Below, piece by piece: positions 58,229-64,000 of a DNA stretch of 64,000 nt. The first letter of the stretch is position 1. Each line of letters begins with the position of its first letter. The position numbers and the translations under genes are program-made. The notes beneath the pieces were generated by a model, which saw nothing but the letters and a program-made list of their open reading frames with translations, had not been told where the DNA came from and did not search any database. Source of the DNA: Candidatus Latescibacterota bacterium (GTDB lineage Bacteria > Latescibacterota > UBA2968 > GCA-2709665); assembly GCA_965116875.1 (NCBI GenBank), contig OZ220733.1, positions 2,080,001 through 2,144,000 of the forward strand, read 5' to 3'.

Positions 58229-58933
58229 ATGGCAGGCAACATTCTGGTGGTTGAAGACGAAGTCGATATTCAGGAGATCGTCTCCTACAACCTGGAGAAG
58301 GCGGGATTTACAGTGGCTTCCGTGGATTCGGGCGAGGCGGCGCTCCTGTCGATCCGGGAGGGGCTCCCCGATCTGGTCGTACTGGACCTGATGCTGCCGG
58401 GAATGGACGGTTTGGAAGTATGCAGGCTGCTGAAGCAGGACGCGGCCACCCGCGATCTGCCCATTCTGATGCTGACCGCGCGCGCCGAAGAAGTAGACCG
58501 CGTCGTCGGCCTGGAACTGGGAGCGGACGACTATGTCGTAAAGCCGTTCTCGGCCCGTGAATTGACACTGCGCATCCAGGCCATCCTCAGGCGGTTGGCG
58601 GAAGGTGGGGATGCGGCATCGGCCGATACCGATCCGGAAGCCATGAGATTCGGTACCCTTACCATAGACAAAGCCGCCCACACGGTAACCGTGGACGGAG
58701 ATGTACTGGCGTTGACATCCACTGAATTCAGTTTGTTGGCCACGCTGGCGGAGCGCAGAGGGCGTGTGCAGTCCCGCGAAGAACTGCTGAACACGGTCTG
58801 GGGTTACGATTATGCCGGTTACGGCCGCACCGTGGATACGCATATCCGCCGGTTGCGGGAAAAACTGGGCGGCGCCAGTGAGAAGGTGGAGACGGTTCGA
58901 GGGGTCGGCTACCGATTCACGGGAGAACACTGA
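58229..58933 (+). CDS. phoB: OmpR/PhoB-family response regulator (probably PhoB/PhoP)
   Basis: VVEDE, PDLVVLDLMLPGMDG, GADDYVVKPFS, RTVDTHIRRLREKL, TVRGVGY; a PhoR-like kinase and ppk1 lie nearby. Confidence 0.7.
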   Translation: MAGNILVVEDEVDIQEIVSYNLEKAGFTVASVDSGEAALLSIREGLPDLVVLDLMLPGMDGLEVCRLLKQDAATRDLPILMLTARAEEVDRVVGLELGADDYVVKPFSARELTLRIQAILRRLAEGGDAASADTDPEAMRFGTLTIDKAAHTVTVDGDVLALTSTEFSLLATLAERRGRVQSREELLNTVWGYDYAGYGRTVDTHIRRLREKLGGASEKVETVRGVGYRFTGEH

Positions 58934-58942
58934 GGGGTTGAG

Positions 58943-60391
58943 ATGTTTACATTGGCGGCTTCATCCGAAAGCCAGGGCATTCCTTCACGGGCCGTCCTGA
59001 ACTTCCTCAATCGGGTCAACTCGGAACGCATCTGCATGCACGGGTTCCTGCTCGTGCGTCACAACAAGATCGCGGCCGAGGGGTACTGGGCCCCGTGGAC
59101 GCCTGAGCGCAAGCACCGCATGTATTCCGTCAGCAAGAGCTTCGTGGCGCTGGCAGTCGGCCTGATGGTCGACGAAGGCAGGCTCGCACTCGAAGATCGG
59201 GTCGCCGACTACTTTCCGGACAAGGCGCCGCGAGACCTGCATCCGTGGCTGTCTGCAGCAACAGTCGGGGATCTCCTGACGATGTCGACCCCGCATTCGA
59301 GAAACTCCTATACGCGAGACGATCCGGACTGGGTCCGGACCTTCTTCGAGATGACCCCGTCGCATCCTCCGGGATCGATCTTTTCTTACGATACAGCGGC
59401 AACGGTCGTACTCACGGCCGCGGTGGAACGACTTTCCGGTATGCCCTTCCTGGACTATATGCGACCGCGTTTCCTGGACCGGATCGGATTCTCCCCTGAC
59501 GCGTGGTGCATCCGCACGCCCGAGGGGGTTTCGTGGGGCGGATCCGGCGTCATCTGTACCCTTCGCGATCTTGCCAGAGTCGCGCTCGCGTGTATGAATG
59601 GAGGCACGTGGGGCGACCAAAGGGTCCTGCCCGAGAATTACGTGCGAGCGGCCACCGCCAGACAGATCGACAATGCCATCCGGGGCAATTGCGGATACGG
59701 GTATCAGATCTGGCGGGAGAAAGAGAACGGATTCTCGTTCCGCGGGATGGGAAGCCAGTACGCCATCTGTTTTCCCGACCGGGCGTTTCTGTTCGCGTGC
59801 ACCGCCGACACACAGGGCGCACCCGCCGGCAGCGCCATTCCCACCGTGATGCGCGAGGAACTCCTTCCCCACCTCTCAGGCTCCCCGCTCCCGGAGGACC
59901 CGGACGCCCGGACGGAACTGTCCGAAAAAATCGCGCGCCTGCAAGTCCTGCCGGTCCCCGGAAGACGCGACGCGGCGGCGGCATCGGGCGTGAACGGCGT
60001 CTGGTATGTTCTGGAAGACAACCCGATGGGGATCACCCGCACGCGCCTGTCCTTCGAGGGCGATCGGGGTGCGTGGGAGTACACCAATGGTCAGGGCGAC
60101 AATGTCCTGCGTTTCGGTATCGGACGCATGGTGTCCGACAAGTTCCCGCAGCGCAACTACTTCGGCGAACAGATCGGCGTGGTTCCAGGCGTCGAATACG
60201 AATGCCAGGCCTCGGCCGCCTGGATCGACGAACAGACACTGAATATGGAAGTTCTCATTACGGACATGTACCTTGGAAGGCTCATGATATCTTTCGCCTT
60301 CAAGGGCGAGGAGATCGGCGTCTTCATGACCAAGCAGGCCGAGTGGTTCCTGGACGAGTACAGCGGGTTCGCCGGAGGCAGGCGCATCTGA
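58943..60391 (+). CDS. Serine hydrolase, beta-lactamase class C-like family
   Basis: SxxK motif YSVSKS, LLTMS, PGSIFSY, GYGYQIW. Confidence 0.85.
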   Translation: MFTLAASSESQGIPSRAVLNFLNRVNSERICMHGFLLVRHNKIAAEGYWAPWTPERKHRMYSVSKSFVALAVGLMVDEGRLALEDRVADYFPDKAPRDLHPWLSAATVGDLLTMSTPHSRNSYTRDDPDWVRTFFEMTPSHPPGSIFSYDTAATVVLTAAVERLSGMPFLDYMRPRFLDRIGFSPDAWCIRTPEGVSWGGSGVICTLRDLARVALACMNGGTWGDQRVLPENYVRAATARQIDNAIRGNCGYGYQIWREKENGFSFRGMGSQYAICFPDRAFLFACTADTQGAPAGSAIPTVMREELLPHLSGSPLPEDPDARTELSEKIARLQVLPVPGRRDAAAASGVNGVWYVLEDNPMGITRTRLSFEGDRGAWEYTNGQGDNVLRFGIGRMVSDKFPQRNYFGEQIGVVPGVEYECQASAAWIDEQTLNMEVLITDMYLGRLMISFAFKGEEIGVFMTKQAEWFLDEYSGFAGGRRI

Positions 60392-60522
60392 CGATTCATC
60401 CGTGCTCTATCATTTGTCGTCCTTTGTCCTTTTTGCTGCCGAATGTCGAAGTTATTGTCGAAATTGTCTGAAATTTGATATATTCGATATGCGTCTGTCC
60501 AGACTCCATTCGGATGGCGAAG

Positions 60523-60789
60523 ATGAACTGGCCCTATTGGTGGAAATGGGAACTGGAAATCACCCCGCACGTCGAAAAGCGAATGGAGCAACGGGATTTT
60601 ACCGAAATTGCGCTGAGAGAGATGTTGGACCGTGCCGTGGGATTCCGGCCTGATGAGCAAACCGGCAGATATGTGGTTGAGAGCCGGTATCGTCGGACGG
60701 GTTGGGAGGTGATTGTCGAGCCGGATTCTGAATGTGAATTGCTTGTCATTGTCACCGCCTATCCAGTCGAAGAGAACAAAGAGCGATGA
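60523..60789 (+). CDS. DUF4258-like protein (putative toxin)
   Basis: TPHVEKRMEQR...VIVE...VIVTAY pattern; ATGA overlap with the next gene. Confidence 0.65.
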   Translation: MNWPYWWKWELEITPHVEKRMEQRDFTEIALREMLDRAVGFRPDEQTGRYVVESRYRRTGWEVIVEPDSECELLVIVTAYPVEENKER

Positions 60790-61055
60790 GAGACAGATAT
60801 CTTGAAATCACGTTTCGAAACGGGAGACCGCTGGCAGCGTACTTGTATTTCCCAAGAACGGCCGGAGCAAGGAGTGTACGGACGGTGAAGATTGGGAACG
60901 GATTACTGGTTGACTATGCGGCGGAAGGGCGCCCGATCGGACTGGAGATCACTTCCCCGACTCACGTGAATTCGGACCAGATTAACGAAGTGTTGAGGGA
61001 ACTGGACGTTCCCCAGCTTGATCCTGAAGAGTTGGATCCTCTTCAGGCAGCATGA
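60786..61055 (+). CDS. DUF2283-like protein (putative antitoxin)
   Basis: AAYLYF...SVRT...LLVDYAAEGRPIGLEI. Confidence 0.7.
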   Translation: MRDRYLEITFRNGRPLAAYLYFPRTAGARSVRTVKIGNGLLVDYAAEGRPIGLEITSPTHVNSDQINEVLRELDVPQLDPEELDPLQAA

Positions 61056-61220
61056 GTTGGTTTCGGACCGGCGGGAGCGTCCATCGAAAGTGTATCGGAT
61101 CAAGTTGAAGTCCTGGATTCCGGATTGTCCTATATGAATGGCCTGTGTCTCTTGCTTTAAAATCGGCACGGGTCATTTTTGTGAATTCCAGGACAGAGCG
61201 ATTCGGGAAAGGCGCATGAG

Positions 61221-63086
61221 ATGCGACTTCATTGGCGGCTGATGTTGCTCTGCGCGGCGGTGATCGCCATGGCCATGGCGGCCGTGCATCTGTATGCGTC
61301 CCGTACGATTCGCGAGGTCCTGCTGGCACAGCGGCGGGACGCGCTGACAACACAGGTCAGGACCGCCGCCGAGAATCTCGCCGACCGGTGGGAAGAGGCA
61401 ATCGCTTCCGGTACCTTGATTGAGATCGCAAACCGGACCGCACGGGCGCCGGACGTTCGCGCGTCTGTGATTGACGGCGCAGGGAACCTGTTGTGGGATT
61501 CGGAGGTGCGTGAGAAGGACCTCCCGCGGTTGCGGAACCAGGCGGAAAGCCCTGAAGTCCGGTCAGCCTGGGATGGCTCCGCGGGATGGCACGTCCGTAC
61601 CGGAGAAACCACCGGAATGCGAATGCTGTACGTGGCCAGGACCGTTCCCGGGTTGCGCGACGGGCGGGTGGTCGTTCGGCTGGCCGCGCCGCTGAGATAC
61701 GAGGGACCGCTGCAGGACCGTATCAATCGTGCGATCCTGCTGGCCTCCGTGCTGGGCCTGGCCCTTGCGTTTCTTCTGTCCCGCAGTGTCTCCCGGTCGG
61801 TGTCACGTCCCATACGGAAGCTGACCGGCGTCGCGCGCTCCCTGGTGGCGGGCGACTTCGATGACCCTTTGCCGTCCGGCGCTTTTCCGCGCGAAATCGG
61901 GGATCTCGCGCGGGCCCTGGACTCAACGCGGCAGCAGGTCCGGGACCGGATCGCGGCCATCCTTGGCGAAAGGTCACAATTCGAGACGATTCTCGCGGAC
62001 ATAACCGTGGGGATCCTCGTTACGGGACAGGACGGCCGCGTTCTGCTGACCAACCGCACGTTCGAGCGCCTGTTCGGCGTGACCTCCCCCACCGGGGGAC
62101 GGCTGCCGGTGGAAATGATCCGCGACATGCAGGTTCAGGAGGCAATCGAACAGACACTGAGGACCGGCGGCGCGCAGACGCGTGCGATGACGACTTCGGG
62201 GATATCCGAACGACATTTCGACGTGCACGTGGGACCCGTTCGGCGGGATGGCGTGGCGACGGGTGTGGTAGCGGTCTTCTACGACACGACCGAACTGCAT
62301 CGGCTGGAGCGTGCGCGCAAGGATTTCGTGGCCAATGTATCGCACGAAATACGTACGCCGCTAACGGCCATAAAAGGGTGCGCGGATACGCTGGCCGGGG
62401 GTGCGCTTGAAGACCGCGCAACCGCCGATCGATTTGTGCAGACCATACTCAGGCATTCAGACCGGCTCCAGTTGCTGCTGGAAGATCTGCTTGATCTGTC
62501 GCGGATGGAGTCCGACAGTCTGACAATGGAAATGGATGACTTCGCAATCCGGCGGGCGGTGGACCGGGCGTGCGACTCAGTCCGTCAACAGGCCGCCGGA
62601 AAGGACGTCTCCATTCTGGTGGAGGTTCCGGATGAATTGACGGTTCGCGGCGACCCGAAGCTGATCGGGCAGGCGCTGGTGAACCTGTTGGACAATGCGG
62701 TGAAATATACACCGGAAGGCGGGAAGGTTCGGGTTGCTGCCGAGCGGATCGGGACGGATGAGGATATCGCGGATTCCGGCGACACGCCGCTGTTTGTTCT
62801 GGCGGCGGATGCCGGCCGTCCGGATTCGGTTACGAGGCCGGACGGCTCAGCCGAACGCGTGGTGCTGGAAGTCGCGGATAACGGAATCGGGATCCCTTCC
62901 GATTCACTTCCGCGCGTATTCGAACGGTTTTACCGCGTGGAAAAGGGACGTTCCAGGAGTATGGGCGGAACGGGCCTGGGGCTTTCGATTGTCCGTCACG
63001 TCATTGAATCCCATGGAGAACGGGTATACGTGAAGAGCATACTCGGCGCCGGGTCGACGTTCGGCTTCACGCTGCCGATTGTATAG
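61221..63086 (+). CDS. phoR: PhoR-like sensor histidine kinase (TM-HAMP-PAS-HisKA-HATPase)
   Basis: RKDFVANVSHEIRTPLT, NLLDNAVKYT, DNGIGI, FERFYRV..GRSR.MGGTGLGLSIV. Confidence 0.8.
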   Translation: MRLHWRLMLLCAAVIAMAMAAVHLYASRTIREVLLAQRRDALTTQVRTAAENLADRWEEAIASGTLIEIANRTARAPDVRASVIDGAGNLLWDSEVREKDLPRLRNQAESPEVRSAWDGSAGWHVRTGETTGMRMLYVARTVPGLRDGRVVVRLAAPLRYEGPLQDRINRAILLASVLGLALAFLLSRSVSRSVSRPIRKLTGVARSLVAGDFDDPLPSGAFPREIGDLARALDSTRQQVRDRIAAILGERSQFETILADITVGILVTGQDGRVLLTNRTFERLFGVTSPTGGRLPVEMIRDMQVQEAIEQTLRTGGAQTRAMTTSGISERHFDVHVGPVRRDGVATGVVAVFYDTTELHRLERARKDFVANVSHEIRTPLTAIKGCADTLAGGALEDRATADRFVQTILRHSDRLQLLLEDLLDLSRMESDSLTMEMDDFAIRRAVDRACDSVRQQAAGKDVSILVEVPDELTVRGDPKLIGQALVNLLDNAVKYTPEGGKVRVAAERIGTDEDIADSGDTPLFVLAADAGRPDSVTRPDGSAERVVLEVADNGIGIPSDSLPRVFERFYRVEKGRSRSMGGTGLGLSIVRHVIESHGERVYVKSILGAGSTFGFTLPIV

Positions 63087-63105
63087 CAAAGCGAAAGAAG
63101 TGATG

Positions 63106-63140
63106 ACGGGGGATCGCAGAAGCGTCCCCCGTTTTTTTTT
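63106..63140 (+). terminator. Rho-independent terminator between the convergent phoR and ppk1
   Basis: ACGGGGGATCGC-AGAA-GCGTCCCCCGT stem followed by a long T-run. Confidence 0.85.
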
Positions 63141-63146
63141 CAGGCT

Positions 63147-64000
63147 TCAGCCTGATGGCGGGCCCGGTCCGTTGGCGGCGAAAAAGTCCGGAATCTCGAA
63201 CTGCTCCCCTCTCGCCAGCCCCATCAGGACTTCCTGCGAGGAAACGGCTGTCCGTCCGTTCGTCGCCTCGACGCGGCGATGGTCGCCGTCAGGCAGGACC
63301 TCGCGTGCTTTGACATTATCCGCCAGACATGGTGAGAGAATCCAGGACTGGATTCTCCGGATGAGTACCGGATCCTCGATCGGGCAGAGGATTTCCACGC
63401 GACGCCTGAGATTGCGAGGCATCCAGTCCGCGCTTCCCGTGTAAATCTCGGGTTTGGACCCGTTTTCGAACATGTAAATCCGGCTGTGCTCAAGATAGCG
63501 CCCGACAATACTCCTGACGCGAATTCGATCGCTGATTCCGGGAATGCCCGGGCGGATACAGCAGATCCCACGGACGATCAGGTCCACGTCAACGCCGTTC
63601 CGGGAAGCCCGGTAGAGCGCTCTGACGATCCTTGCATCCTGAAGCGAGTTCATTTTGCAGACGATGCGGGCCGGTCGCCCCCCCCTGGCGTGTTCAATCT
63701 CCCGATCGATTTTCGCAAGAATGGATTCCATCATATTAAAGGGAGCCACAAGCAGCTTTTTGACTTCAGGGCGTTCGGACTGGGTGGTGAGCAGGTTGAA
63801 CACCTCGGCCACGTCGCTGGTAATGTCCTCCCTGGCGGTCATCAAACCCAGATCCGTATATATCCGCGCCGTCGATGCATTGTAGTTGCCGGTACCGATG
63901 TGGACGTATCGGCGGAGGCCATCGGCTTCGCGCCGGACCAGCATGGAGAGCTTGCAATGCGTCTTCAGGCCAACCACGCCGTACGCGACGTAAACACCCG
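63147..64000 (-). CDS. ppk1: Polyphosphate kinase 1, C-terminal part (5' end outside the window)
   Basis: GLKTHCK, HIGTGNYNASTARIYTD, KMNSL, RYLEHSRIY, SADWMPRNLRRRVE. Confidence 0.95.
   Translation of the reverse strand, partial: GVYVAYGVVGLKTHCKLSMLVRREADGLRRYVHIGTGNYNASTARIYTDLGLMTAREDITSDVAEVFNLLTTQSERPEVKKLLVAPFNMMESILAKIDREIEHARGGRPARIVCKMNSLQDARIVRALYRASRNGVDVDLIVRGICCIRPGIPGISDRIRVRSIVGRYLEHSRIYMFENGSKPEIYTGSADWMPRNLRRRVEILCPIEDPVLIRRIQSWILSPCLADNVKAREVLPDGDHRRVEATNGRTAVSSQEVLMGLARGEQFEIPDFFAANGPGPPSG

Overview
A GC-rich bacterial chromosomal window. The gene types (TonB-dependent receptor with a PorV-like partner, proteins ending in FlgD-Ig/T9SS-like tails, a large WD40 protein with an EF-hand/dockerin-like tail, a DUF6785-type membrane protein) suggest an FCB-related, Latescibacterota/Gemmatimonadota-like organism, possibly a sponge symbiont; this is inference only. 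About 1-36 kb is mostly minus-strand catabolic and secretion genes. It includes three tandem secreted Cache-like proteins, each with its own promoter and downstream hairpin, plus a FolC/ATP-grasp fusion and rpmB. rimO-folA-thyA and a heparinase II/III-like gene follow, then a tandem array built from a nonsense-inactivated REP-associated tyrosine transposase (RAYT) and internally deleted copies of it. The WD40 gene is bracketed by two homologous, promoter-bearing, covarying hairpins with C-rich loops (candidate new small RNA family), and a palindromic operator-like motif occurs twice nearby. The window ends with ridA-like, RNase II/R-like and phoB-like genes, an inserted hydrolase plus DUF4258/DUF2283 pair, a phoR-like gene and partial ppk1. 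I saw no rRNA, intact tRNA or CRISPR array. All calls come from reading motifs by eye; no database searches were run.
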